In this document: one piece after another, positions 1 through 8,593 of the stretch
Numbering within the stretch: the first letter of the stretch is position 1
How the letters are laid out: every line of letters begins with the position of its first letter
Source of the DNA: Syntrophales bacterium
GTDB lineage: Bacteria > Desulfobacterota > Syntrophia > Syntrophales > UBA6807
Assembly (NCBI GenBank): GCA_040767195.1
Contig: JAXGPA010000001.1
Span: forward strand, 256,001-320,000
Length of the DNA: 64,000 nt
Reading direction: 5' to 3'
Translations under genes and position numbers: made by a program
The notes under the pieces: generated by a model
The model's input: the letters and a program-made list of their open reading frames with translations, nothing else
Databases searched by the model: none
What the model was told of the DNA's origin: nothing

Positions 1-803
1 TGGGGCGCCGAGGAAACCACCACGGGAAGCCCCCGGGCACAGATCTCCATGAAGGCGTCCGTCGTGTCGTCCACAAACTGGAGGGGACTCTTGACGAGAC
101 AGCAGATGAGCGAGATTATCGGGTTTCTTTTCAGTGCCTCTTCACCGCCGGCAATGATTTCCGCCATTCTGACGACGTTATCGAGCTGGCCGAGACTGGT
201 GAGACCGGCCTGAACGTGCTTGGTCGTGTTGTTCAGGGAGGCGAAAAACTTGTTCACGTCCTTGTTGTCCTCGGTGATGTCCCTGTCCTGGATGTTGACG
301 TTCCGGATGAACCCGTCGAGGGTGTCCAGGTGTTCCGAAAGATGGGCGGACAGGCACAGATCGTCGACGGTTCCCCGCCGGGGGACGAACTCGGGGACCC
401 CGATCTCCACGGACGGATCGGATTTTTTCGTATAGGGCTGAAATACCGTGTCGAGCCAGACGTTCGTTTCCGAACCAGTGATGAAGTAAACCCTCGGCTC
501 GTCACCCTTCATGACAAGGGTGTTGTCGGGGTTGCGGGCACCCAGTGTCACCGTCTTCGGCGCCTTTTCGAGGCCGTCCTCAACCAGCCGTTCCGGAAGT
601 TTGACGGTCCAGTGCGGCGGGTCGCTCTTTGTGACGGGCGAGACATGGGCGCCCGCGGCGGCCAGAAGGTCCGCCGCTTTCTCGTTGAAGGAGATGAGGC
701 CCGGGTCCCGCAGAATCTCAAGGGATGCCCGGTGTATTTTTTTCACCTGCTCTCCTGTCAGCCGTTCATAGGGTTTTTCTATGACAATACCTTCTCGAGG
801 CAC
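1..803 (-). CDS. Trimethylamine methyltransferase (MttB) superfamily protein, 3' part runs off the window
   Basis: Not in the ORF track. Manual translation from GTG at 803 (AGGAGG RBS) gives MPREGIVIEKPYERLTGEQVKKIHRASLEIL...KDVNKFFASLNNTTKHVQAG...VVRMAEIIAGGEEALKRNPIISLICCLVKSPLQFVD, which parallels the paralog at 1657-3117. Confidence 0.85.
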   Translation of the reverse strand, partial: MPREGIVIEKPYERLTGEQVKKIHRASLEILRDPGLISFNEKAADLLAAAGAHVSPVTKSDPPHWTVKLPERLVEDGLEKAPKTVTLGARNPDNTLVMKGDEPRVYFITGSETNVWLDTVFQPYTKKSDPSVEIGVPEFVPRRGTVDDLCLSAHLSEHLDTLDGFIRNVNIQDRDITEDNKDVNKFFASLNNTTKHVQAGLTSLGQLDNVVRMAEIIAGGEEALKRNPIISLICCLVKSPLQFVDDTTDAFMEICARGLPVVVSSAP

Positions 804-834
804 TTCTTCGACCTCCTCTTTTCATGTGGGGTTT

Positions 835-1644
835 TCAGTCGCTGATCAGCCCTTTCCGATGGGCCCTGATGAACCCCTTGCACATGGGGTCCCGGTTGGA
901 GAGCATGTCGGCGACCCGGACGAGACTCATCAGCCTCCTGTCCAGCGGGTTCAGGATGGCCGCGTCGAGGCCGGCCGCCGCGGCCATGAGGAAAAACGAC
1001 CGGTTGACGATCCCCCGGTTGGGCAGACCGTACGATATGTTGCTGAGCCCCATGATCGTTTTCGCCGACGGATACCGTTCCTTGATTTTTTCGATGGTTC
1101 TGAGCGTGACGAGAGCCTGGGTCGTGTCGACGGAAATGGGAAGAACGAGGGGGTCGAAATAGACCTGTTCTTCACGGACCCCCGATTTTTCAAGATGCGC
1201 CATGATGGTGCCGGCCGCCTCGAGCCGTTCTTCCACGGTCCGGGGGATTCCCCCCTCCCGCATGACGAGAGCCACGAGAAGGGCTCCCCTGTCCGCCGCC
1301 AGGGGCCCGACGGCATTCAGTCGCGCCGGTTCGGCGTCCACCGAATTGATCATCACCGTCTTGCCGTCATACCGTTCCAGGGCGGTTTTCAGGACGGCCG
1401 GGTCATCGCTGTCGATACACAGGGGCTTGTCCACGGCCTTTCTGACATGATCCACGAGCCAGGCCATGGCGGCGGCCCCGCTTTCCCAGGCCCCCCCGCC
1501 GACGCCGGCGTTGACATCGATGAAGTCGGCACCGGCCTCGGCCTGCTCCTTCGCCAGGTTCATGAGAAAGGTTTCGTCCCTGTCCTCGATGGCCCGGCCC
1601 ACGGATTTTATGGATGCGTTGATTTTTTCACCGACAATAAGCAT
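835..1644 (-). CDS. Methyltetrahydrofolate:corrinoid methyltransferase (AcsE-like, pterin-binding TIM barrel)
   Basis: LIVGEKIN start, GADFIDVN, PLCIDSDD, MINSV, YFDPLV, GLSNISYGLP and GLDAAILNP motifs of the AcsE/MetH pterin-binding domain. Confidence 0.9.
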   Translation of the reverse strand: MLIVGEKINASIKSVGRAIEDRDETFLMNLAKEQAEAGADFIDVNAGVGGGAWESGAAAMAWLVDHVRKAVDKPLCIDSDDPAVLKTALERYDGKTVMINSVDAEPARLNAVGPLAADRGALLVALVMREGGIPRTVEERLEAAGTIMAHLEKSGVREEQVYFDPLVLPISVDTTQALVTLRTIEKIKERYPSAKTIMGLSNISYGLPNRGIVNRSFFLMAAAAGLDAAILNPLDRRLMSLVRVADMLSNRDPMCKGFIRAHRKGLISD

Positions 1645-1656
1645 GAAGTCTTCTCC

Positions 1657-3117
1657 TCACTCAAGTAAAAGTCCCGGTATGCCCATGCGGAGCGTTTCCC
1701 TGAGAGTCTCCGGAATGTAGGACACGGGTTCACGATCGAGAACGGCCCGGACCTTTTCAGCGGCCCTGGTCTTCGTCTCCCTGGCGCCGGCCGCCTCCCA
1801 CCGGGGCCGGTCCTCCTTGTCGCTCAACTCCGGGAAAAACTGCTCCGTCCGCATGTGATGGCGGGTATGGCGGGACGAAATATAGTGTCCTCCCGGCCCG
1901 GCTTTCCTGATCAGGTCGTAGGCCAGGGTGTCGTCGTTGACGGTGATCCCCTCCACGGCCCGCATGACCATGCCGCAGATCTCGTTGTCGATGACCAGCT
2001 TGTCGTAGGAGGCGGTCATGCAGAACTCGAGAAACCCGGCGGCATCGTGGATGAAGTTCCCGCCGGCGAGAGCGACGAGCACATTGGTGACGGCCGATTC
2101 ATAACCCGCCTGGGCATCGTTCACCTTGGAATCGGACATGCCGGCCGTCGCGTAATACGGAAGCCGGTAAAACTGGGCCATCTGGGCCGCCCCGGCGTTC
2201 AGAAGTCCCATTTCGACGGATCCGGAAAGATATTTCAGGGTCCGGAGTTCGGCAACGGAAGCGACGGAACCGAAAATGGCGGGCGTCCCGGGGTTCACGA
2301 GCTGGGTCAGCATGACCCCGGCCAGCGTGTCGGCGGTGAGGACGACGAGGTTGCCCGCCAGGGTCACCGGCGAGGTGGCCCCGCAGAGGGGTTCAGCCGG
2401 CACTACCACGGGGATGCCCCTCCGGGCCGTTTCGATGGTGAGCTGCGAGTAGTGTTCATCGAGCCTGAGCGGACTGACCACGCAGGTCACCACGGAGATG
2501 AAGGGCCGTTCCCGGAGATTCCCGGCACCCCCGGCGATTTGCTCGGCCATTTTGATGACGTTCCTCACCCCTTCCCGGGTGTAGACGCCGCCCATGACAT
2601 GTTTTCTCGTGTAGTTAAGCGCCGTTCCGAACCGGTTGACGTCGACGGTTTCCCCGGGAAGCTCGTTGGGATACACGTTGAGCATGTAAAAATGAACGTT
2701 GTCGAGGACATCCACCAGCCGGGCCATGTTCCTGATGTCGCCAAGAGAGGCCGGGCGCGTGGTGTCCGAACCCGGGTCCTGGACGTTCAGGGCGGTGCCT
2801 CCCGTGCCCATGTAGACCCGCGTCCCCCCGATGTGGCAGTCCAGATCGCCCTTCTCGTCACGCCCGCAGAGGGTCACGGTGTCGGGGGCCTTCGAAATCA
2901 GGTCCTGGGCAAGCCCTGCGGGAATCCTGACGACGCATCTCTCCTCGTCGACGGCCGCCCCGGCGCTTCGAAAAAGATCACGCGCCTCGTCGAGCCGGAC
3001 CTCGATTCCCACGTCCTCAAGGACCTTGAAAACCGTCTCGTGTATCTTTCCGATATCTTCCGCGGTGAGGGGCTTATAGCGCCCCCCGGTCAATCCTTTT
3101 CTCACTTTCACTTTCAT
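1657..3117 (-). CDS. Trimethylamine methyltransferase (MttB) superfamily protein, pyrrolysine-free
   Basis: 486 aa; SPLRLD, GATSPVTLAG, NPGTPAIFG, SDSKVNDAQAGYES and GPGGHY motifs; no in-frame TAG. Confidence 0.92.
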   Translation of the reverse strand: MKVKVRKGLTGGRYKPLTAEDIGKIHETVFKVLEDVGIEVRLDEARDLFRSAGAAVDEERCVVRIPAGLAQDLISKAPDTVTLCGRDEKGDLDCHIGGTRVYMGTGGTALNVQDPGSDTTRPASLGDIRNMARLVDVLDNVHFYMLNVYPNELPGETVDVNRFGTALNYTRKHVMGGVYTREGVRNVIKMAEQIAGGAGNLRERPFISVVTCVVSPLRLDEHYSQLTIETARRGIPVVVPAEPLCGATSPVTLAGNLVVLTADTLAGVMLTQLVNPGTPAIFGSVASVAELRTLKYLSGSVEMGLLNAGAAQMAQFYRLPYYATAGMSDSKVNDAQAGYESAVTNVLVALAGGNFIHDAAGFLEFCMTASYDKLVIDNEICGMVMRAVEGITVNDDTLAYDLIRKAGPGGHYISSRHTRHHMRTEQFFPELSDKEDRPRWEAAGARETKTRAAEKVRAVLDREPVSYIPETLRETLRMGIPGLLLE

Positions 3118-3994
3118 AAGGGGCCTTCCTGTCCATGTTAAGCTGGTTAACGATCTGGGTTACGTGATCGCTTCGGTTCATGCTGTAAAAATGGAGTCCC
3201 GGTATGCCGTTTTCGAGAAGACCCTCGCTCTGGCGAATGGCGTGTTCCATGCCGTACCGGGCGACCTCGTCGGCCCTGTCACTGACAGCCTCCAGTTGGG
3301 CGAAGAGAGGTTCGGGAATCGCCGCGCCGCAGAGAGACGCGATTTTCGCAATCTGCTTGAAATTGAAAACGGGAAAGATGCCCGGAATGATGGGAACCGC
3401 GATGCCCCGGGAAACGGCCTTGTCCCGGAACCGGTAGAAATCGTCGTTGTCGAAGAAAAGCTGGGTGATAATGAAGTCGGCGCCAGCGTCCACTTTCTTC
3501 TTCAGGTTTTCCAGGTCCGTCTCGAGGTCGGGCGCCTCCACGTGACATTCCGGATACCCGGCGACGGCAACGGAAAAATCGCCGTGCCTGTTTATGAACG
3601 TGACCAGCTCGTTGGCGTATTCGAACCCGCCGTCGCTTTTCCTGAAGGATGTTTCGCCGTTCGGCGGATCTCCCCTGAGCGCAAGAATGTTCCTGATGTT
3701 TTCCCGCTCCAGATGGCCGAGGATTTCCAGGATGTCTTTTTCCGAGGCTTCCACGCAGGTCAGATGGGTCAACACCTCCGTGCCCACGTGGTTTTTGATC
3801 CGGGAGGCGATCTCGAACGTCATTTCCTGCGTGCTGCCGCCGGCCCCGTAGGTGACGGAGATGAAATCGGGATCGATCGTCACAAGGGCGTCGATGGTGG
3901 CGAACAGTTCCCTGGTGCTTCTCTCCCGGGCGGGTGGAAAGATTTCAAATGACAACACAAGCCTGTCCTTCTGAAAGAACTCTTTTATCTTCAT
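3074..3994 (-). CDS. metF: Methylenetetrahydrofolate reductase
   Basis: SFEIFPP, SVTYGAGGST, HLTC, LALRGDPP, AGYPECH, ITQLFF and LHFYSMNR motifs. Confidence 0.95.
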   Translation of the reverse strand: MKIKEFFQKDRLVLSFEIFPPARERSTRELFATIDALVTIDPDFISVTYGAGGSTQEMTFEIASRIKNHVGTEVLTHLTCVEASEKDILEILGHLERENIRNILALRGDPPNGETSFRKSDGGFEYANELVTFINRHGDFSVAVAGYPECHVEAPDLETDLENLKKKVDAGADFIITQLFFDNDDFYRFRDKAVSRGIAVPIIPGIFPVFNFKQIAKIASLCGAAIPEPLFAQLEAVSDRADEVARYGMEHAIRQSEGLLENGIPGLHFYSMNRSDHVTQIVNQLNMDRKAPYESESEKRIDRGAL

Positions 3995-4044
3995 TCGATA
4001 CCCCGTCTGTATGGTCTTATGAAGGGAAACGCGGCAGGGCCCGG

Positions 4045-4734
4045 TCAGGCGTCACCGTGCCGGCGCGCGTTGCAGGTTCTGTTGTCGCAGTGCGCGCACG
4101 GGTTGTAAAGACGCGGCTTGCCTTCGGCGTTCCGGCGATAGAGCCCGAAGATCCCCGAAACGGTCTTACGGGGGTGCATCAGGCAGGAAGCCGTCATCGT
4201 CACGCCGATCGAATCGGTGTCCACGAGATGAAACAGCTTCTTCTGTTCCGTGATCGGCCAGTCGCAGTACCCGGGGCTGAAACGGAGGGTGAGCCCGAAT
4301 CCTTTCTTCCCGTAGTGACGTTTCATGTGGTTGTAGAACGTGTTGACCGTGTATTCCGCTGTCAGCGACCCGAGCCGGTCCAGGATGTACGCCTCGGTCA
4401 GCTTGCCGTCATCGTTGAGCCGCGCAACCTCCTCTTCGACGGCGCTTCCGATGGTAACCACGAAGAAGACCGCCTCGTCGCAAGGCGCAAGAACTTTCGC
4501 GAGAATCGGGCTGGTGAAGGGAACCCCTTGACCGATGCGAACGGTGTCTTTTTCCATGTTTTGTATTCTTTCGACCGTGTAGGAAAGGGCCGGTGACGCG
4601 AGCTCCTGAAGGACTTCGTTGAGGTCGCCCCTTCCCCTGAACCGGAGGTCGGAGAACCGGCCGAATTCCCGCCTTTCCAGGAGGTGACCGAGTTTCTCAT
4701 GATCAAAGGATATGGTAATCTGTGGTTGAGACAT
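4045..4734 (-). CDS. Stand-alone B12-dependent methionine synthase activation-domain protein
   Basis: FVVTIG, RFSPGYCDW and MHPRKTVSGIFG motifs plus C-terminal CxxC-x4-C; RBS upstream. Confidence 0.85.
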   Translation of the reverse strand: MSQPQITISFDHEKLGHLLERREFGRFSDLRFRGRGDLNEVLQELASPALSYTVERIQNMEKDTVRIGQGVPFTSPILAKVLAPCDEAVFFVVTIGSAVEEEVARLNDDGKLTEAYILDRLGSLTAEYTVNTFYNHMKRHYGKKGFGLTLRFSPGYCDWPITEQKKLFHLVDTDSIGVTMTASCLMHPRKTVSGIFGLYRRNAEGKPRLYNPCAHCDNRTCNARRHGDA

Positions 4735-4803
4735 AGGTTACCCCTTTTTCTTCGTTCAAAAAACCTGACGCCTGCCGATCGTGATCGTGATTATGTGCGG
4801 AAG

Positions 4804-4867
4804 AATTATTGCTGCTATAATTATTTCAACTGGAAATATTTCTACAAAAAAACGCGCCGTCTGTCAA
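4804..4867 (-). promoter_or_regulatory. Sigma70-type promoter with palindromic operator(s) for the methyltransferase operon
   Basis: Minus strand TTGACA(4867-4862)-17 nt-TAGAAA(4844-4839), immediately followed by inverted repeats TATTTC-N5-GAAATA (4822-4838) and AATTAT-N7-ATAATT (4804-4822). Confidence 0.6.
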
Positions 4868-4933
4868 GAAATTAAATTAACATCCCTTTATTGTTTGATA
4901 AAACTTCTGAAGGCCTGGTGCGGGGGCCACCTG

Positions 4934-5452
4934 TCAGATGGGGAGATGGGGGTCCTCGTGATGCTCTTCTTCGAGGGGCCCCACATCGAGCATGTGGGTG
5001 AGAATTCCCATATTGTGAATGATATCGTGAAGCTGGCGGGACGACAACCGCTTGAGACCATCGACGATCTTCTGCTGGATGGGAGGGGGGGCATTCCGGG
5101 CGAGAACTCTCCCCGCTTCGGTCAGTTCAATGGTGATCACCCGCCGGTCCTGTGAGCTCCGGGTGCGCTTGACCAGGCCCTTGACCTCGAGACGATCGAT
5201 GACACCCGTCAGGGTGCTCGATTTCAGCATGATCTGCCGGGCGATCCGGGAAGGCGGAAGAGGCCCCTTCTCGTACAGGGACAGGAGGCAGTTGAGCTGC
5301 GGGGCGCTCACCTGGTAGTTTTTGTTCAATTCCTTCGTGTACTGGTAACCGGCCTGCATGAGGCGGCGGATTTGATAGATGATCCGGCGGATCTGTTCCT
5401 GCTGGCGTTCCGGCCCGTCAGGTATCCCGCCGTTCTGAGTGTCTTCTTCCAT
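4934..5452 (-). CDS. MarR family transcriptional regulator
   Basis: wHTH SSTLTGVIDRLEVKGLVKR and DRRVITIELTEAG MarR signature. Confidence 0.92.
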   Translation of the reverse strand: MEEDTQNGGIPDGPERQQEQIRRIIYQIRRLMQAGYQYTKELNKNYQVSAPQLNCLLSLYEKGPLPPSRIARQIMLKSSTLTGVIDRLEVKGLVKRTRSSQDRRVITIELTEAGRVLARNAPPPIQQKIVDGLKRLSSRQLHDIIHNMGILTHMLDVGPLEEEHHEDPHLPI

Positions 5453-5833
5453 GATCCCTGCTTTTCGTTAAAAATTGATCCGTGCGGCCGAGGCTTTCTG
5501 CGCTGAAACCAGTGTCCCTTCCGTGCTCCCGGAATCCACCGGACCCGCCCGAGTTCCATTCCAGACCGAATTGGTAGCACAAAGGGCCGATAAAAGTCAA
5601 AACGGAAGGCGACAACCGTTCCACCAACCCGGTACGGGCGCTAAAAAAACGGCGTATCCCCCTCTCCGGGGAAGCGTTTTCGAGATAACCGCCGGCGGCG
5701 ACAGCAGGAACGGGAGGCGAAATTTGAGGGGCTCGCGAAATCCCATGAGGGTGAGCGGGGATCCGGAAGAGGTCTCGTGATAACCAAGAAAAAAAGGGGC
5801 CAAGAAAAATTCTTAAACCCCCGTTTCGTTTAC

Positions 5834-5908
5834 TGGTGGTCCCACGGAGAATCGAACTCCGGTTTCAGGCGTGAGAGGCCCGCGTCCTAACCGCTAGACG
5901 ATGGGACC
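5834..5908 (-). tRNA. tRNA-Glu (anticodon CTC)
   Basis: GGTCCCATCGTCTAGCGGTTAGGACGCGGGCCTCTCACGCCTGAAACCGGAGTTCGATTCTCCGTGGGACCACCA: cloverleaf, TTCGA T-loop, encoded CCA. Confidence 0.95.
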
Positions 5909-5909
5909 A

Positions 5910-5983
5910 TGGCTGGGGGACCAGGATTCGAACCTGGGTAGCAGAATCCAGAGTCCTGAGTCCTACCGCTAGACGATCCCCCA
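5910..5983 (-). tRNA. tRNA-Gln (anticodon CTG)
   Basis: TGGGGGATCGTCTAGCGGTAGGACTCAGGACTCTGGATTCTGCTACCCAGGTTCGAATCCTGGTCCCCCAGCCA: U1-A72 pair, encoded CCA. Confidence 0.95.
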
Positions 5984-6040
5984 GCAATTTTAAGAATCCC
6001 CCGATTAAAGGATCCGCGGAAAAATGTCAAGAACTAAATT

Positions 6041-6215
6041 CGATGAACTCGTAAAAGTAACCACGACGACGACTTCGTTAAAAAGTTCGAGATCAAGGAT
6101 TGCGAATCCCGAGGAATGAACAATCAAAGGGGACAGATTTAAATCTGTCCGCCGATTGTTCGTGACGAGAGGATGAAGCGTAACGCAGAGATCGGACTTT
6201 TTCCGAAGTCGTCAA
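6041..6215 (-). repeat. MITE/REP-like palindromic intergenic repeat, copy 1 (with nested GGACAGATTTAAATCTGTCC palindrome)
   Basis: Terminal inverted repeats GACGACTTCGTTAAAAAGT / ACTTTTTCCGAAGTCGTC; internal blocks CTGCGTT..CTTCATCC..CGTCA and CATTCCTCGGGA..CCTTG shared with copy 2 at 37634. Confidence 0.8.
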
Positions 6216-7627
6216 ATTTTTCCCTCCCCGCGAATGTACCGAAGAGCCTCCTCGATTCGTTTCATCACGCGGTCCTTCCCCAGGGTCACCATGACCTCGT
6301 CGAGACCGGGGCTCACCGTCTTTCCCGTGAGGGCCACCCGAAGGGGCTGGGCGATGACTTTCAGTTTCACCTGAAGGTCGTCGGCCGTTTTCCGAAGAAG
6401 GGTTTCGATACCCGCCTTCGTGTAATTGCTTGAGGCCGAAATCGTCCGGGCGACGGCTTCCAGAGGCTCGGCGACGTCGTCCTTGAGAAACTTCCCCGCC
6501 GCGTCGCTGTCGTAGGACAGGGGGTCCTGGAAGTAGAAGGTGCCGCTTTCGGCGAGGTCGACCAGGGTTTTCGACCGGGGTTTCAGGTCGCCCACGACCT
6601 GCTTCAGGTATTCCCCGTCCGTCGTTTCCACGCCGGTCCTTCGAAAGAAAGGGGCCGCTTCTTCCGCGATCCGCCCCGAATCGGCTTCCCGGAGATAGTG
6701 CTGGTTGAGCCAGAGCAGTTTTTCCGGGTTGAAGACGGCGGCTGACTTGCCCACGGAATCGAGGGTGAAGAAACGGATCATCTCCTCCAGGGAAAATATC
6801 TCCTGGTCCCCGTATGACCACCCGAGGCGGACCAGGTAGTTCACCAGGGCCTCGGGAAGATACCCCATCTCGCAATAAGCCATGACGGACGTCGCCCCGT
6901 GGCGCTTGCTGAGCCGTGTCCTGTCCGAACCGAGGATCATGGGCACGTGGGCGAACCGGGGGACGGCATATCCCAGGGCCTCGTAGATCACGATCTGCCG
7001 CGGTGTGTTGTTCAGGTGATCGTCCCCCCGGATGACGTGGGTGATCCCCATTTCGGCGTCGTCCACCACGACGGCGAAATTGTAGGTGGGGTAACGGTCT
7101 CCCCGCTGGATGATGAGGTCATCGAGTTCCTCGTTGTCAAAGCGGACCGTTCCCTTGATGAGATCGTCCACCACGGTGACCCCCAGGGGGGGCGTCCTGA
7201 AGCGGACGACGGCACCCTCCGTCTCCTTCAGTCCCTTCTCCCGGCATGTCCCGTCGTACTTGGGCTTTCGTCCCTCGGCAAGGGCCTTTTTCCTCTTTTC
7301 CTCCAGGAGATCCTGGGAACAAGTGCAGTAGTACGCCTTTCCTTCCTTGAGAAGATCCTGGACTTTCTGTCTGTGCAGATCCACCCGTTCCGCCTGGTAA
7401 TAGGGTCCTTCGTCCCAGTCGAGCCCCAGCCAGGTCATGGCGTCCAGGATGGCCCGGGTGGAGGCCTCGGTGGACCGCTGCTGGTCCGTGTCCTCGATCC
7501 GGAGAACGAATCGGCCGCCCGTGTGCCTCGCATAGAGCCAGTTGAAAAGGGCGGTTCTCGCGCCGCCGATATGAAGATACCCTGTGGGAGACGGGGCGAA
7601 TCTTGTCTTCACCGTCTTTTCATTCAT
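6212..7627 (-). CDS. gltX: Glutamate--tRNA ligase
   Basis: RFAPSPTGYLHIGG, LRIEDTD, HVIRGDDH and LSKRHGA motifs. Confidence 0.97.
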   Translation of the reverse strand: MNEKTVKTRFAPSPTGYLHIGGARTALFNWLYARHTGGRFVLRIEDTDQQRSTEASTRAILDAMTWLGLDWDEGPYYQAERVDLHRQKVQDLLKEGKAYYCTCSQDLLEEKRKKALAEGRKPKYDGTCREKGLKETEGAVVRFRTPPLGVTVVDDLIKGTVRFDNEELDDLIIQRGDRYPTYNFAVVVDDAEMGITHVIRGDDHLNNTPRQIVIYEALGYAVPRFAHVPMILGSDRTRLSKRHGATSVMAYCEMGYLPEALVNYLVRLGWSYGDQEIFSLEEMIRFFTLDSVGKSAAVFNPEKLLWLNQHYLREADSGRIAEEAAPFFRRTGVETTDGEYLKQVVGDLKPRSKTLVDLAESGTFYFQDPLSYDSDAAGKFLKDDVAEPLEAVARTISASSNYTKAGIETLLRKTADDLQVKLKVIAQPLRVALTGKTVSPGLDEVMVTLGKDRVMKRIEEALRYIRGEGKI

Positions 7628-7843
7628 CGTCTGTTTCCACGGCCTCCTTGTCTTGACGTTTAAAACCGCTATATACTTCTTTTACGGAAATTTTAAAATA
7701 GAGGGGCCATCGAAATGGGGAAAATTTACCGACGGCGGTCTTCTTGATGTTCCTTGAAAGGTAAAGCGATAAATTCTTCTTGACAATTTCACGGATTTGT
7801 AATTAGTTTTCCCACTTTGTAATTTTTCAGCAGGGGTCTCCCG

Positions 7844-8383
7844 GTGAAGATCCAGGTTTTGAACATACCCCCGGAGGGAATCCGCCTGACCTTCGAGAAA
7901 ACGGCGGACTGGTTCTCGGAAAAAATGAAGGACGCCGGACCGGGGGATTTTTCCGTTCATGGGATCCTGGCCCGGTTCACCGTGACGAAAAGAGGCCGGG
8001 TCGTCTTTGTCGAGGGCCGGCTGGAAGCTGGGATCGAACTCCCCTGCAGCCGGTGCATGAAACCTCTCACGAGAGACCTTGACGCCGATTTCCGCTATAC
8101 CTACCTGCCGGCCGACAAAATGCCCCGGGAGGCGGAAACGGAAATCGCGGAAGAGGACGTGGGGGTGGCTTATTACGAGGACACCGTCGATCTCGGCGAG
8201 ATCGTGCTGGAACAGATCGTCCTGGGAATCCCCATGAAGCCCCTGTGCGCAGAGACCTGCAAAGGGCTCTGCCCCTATTGCGGAAACGATTTAAATGTGG
8301 CAGATTGCGGCCATGAACAGAAGGCCATGGCGAGCCCTTTTTCCGTTCTGAAGGACTATGCCGTTAAAAAAAACAAGAGGTAA
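7844..8383 (+). CDS. yceD: DUF177/YceD family protein
   Basis: CSRCM and PMKPLCAETCKGLCPYCG motifs; directly upstream of rpmF. Confidence 0.9.
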   Translation: MKIQVLNIPPEGIRLTFEKTADWFSEKMKDAGPGDFSVHGILARFTVTKRGRVVFVEGRLEAGIELPCSRCMKPLTRDLDADFRYTYLPADKMPREAETEIAEEDVGVAYYEDTVDLGEIVLEQIVLGIPMKPLCAETCKGLCPYCGNDLNVADCGHEQKAMASPFSVLKDYAVKKNKR

Positions 8384-8388
8384 GACCC

Positions 8389-8574
8389 ATGCCGAATCCG
8401 GTAAAAAGACACTCCAAATCGAGAAGAAACATGCGGCGGTCCCACGATTCCCTCACACCGCCCGCGACATCCATATGCCCTCAGTGTAACGAGCCGAAAA
8501 TGCCTCACCGGGCCTGTCCGAACTGCGGGACTTACAAAGGCAGGGAAGTCATCGAAACGAAGAAGTCTTCCTGA
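8389..8574 (+). CDS. rpmF: 50S ribosomal protein L32 (Zn-binding type)
   Basis: MPNPVKRHSKSRRNMRRSH, CPQC, HRACPNCGTYKGR. Confidence 0.97.
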   Translation: MPNPVKRHSKSRRNMRRSHDSLTPPATSICPQCNEPKMPHRACPNCGTYKGREVIETKKSS

Positions 8575-8593
8575 AACGGATACTGACTGATTC

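Noticed and set aside
1657..3117. Pyrrolysine or selenocysteine recoding in the MttB and Fe-S genes
   Set aside because: No in-frame TAG/TGA interrupts the complete genes; the Pyl position of the first MttB paralog lies outside the window and cannot be judged
5453..5600. Possible riboswitch (ZMP/SAM/SAH/cobalamin) in the MarR leader
   Set aside because: Only a short GGGAGCACG resemblance; the conserved cores of these riboswitches are absent
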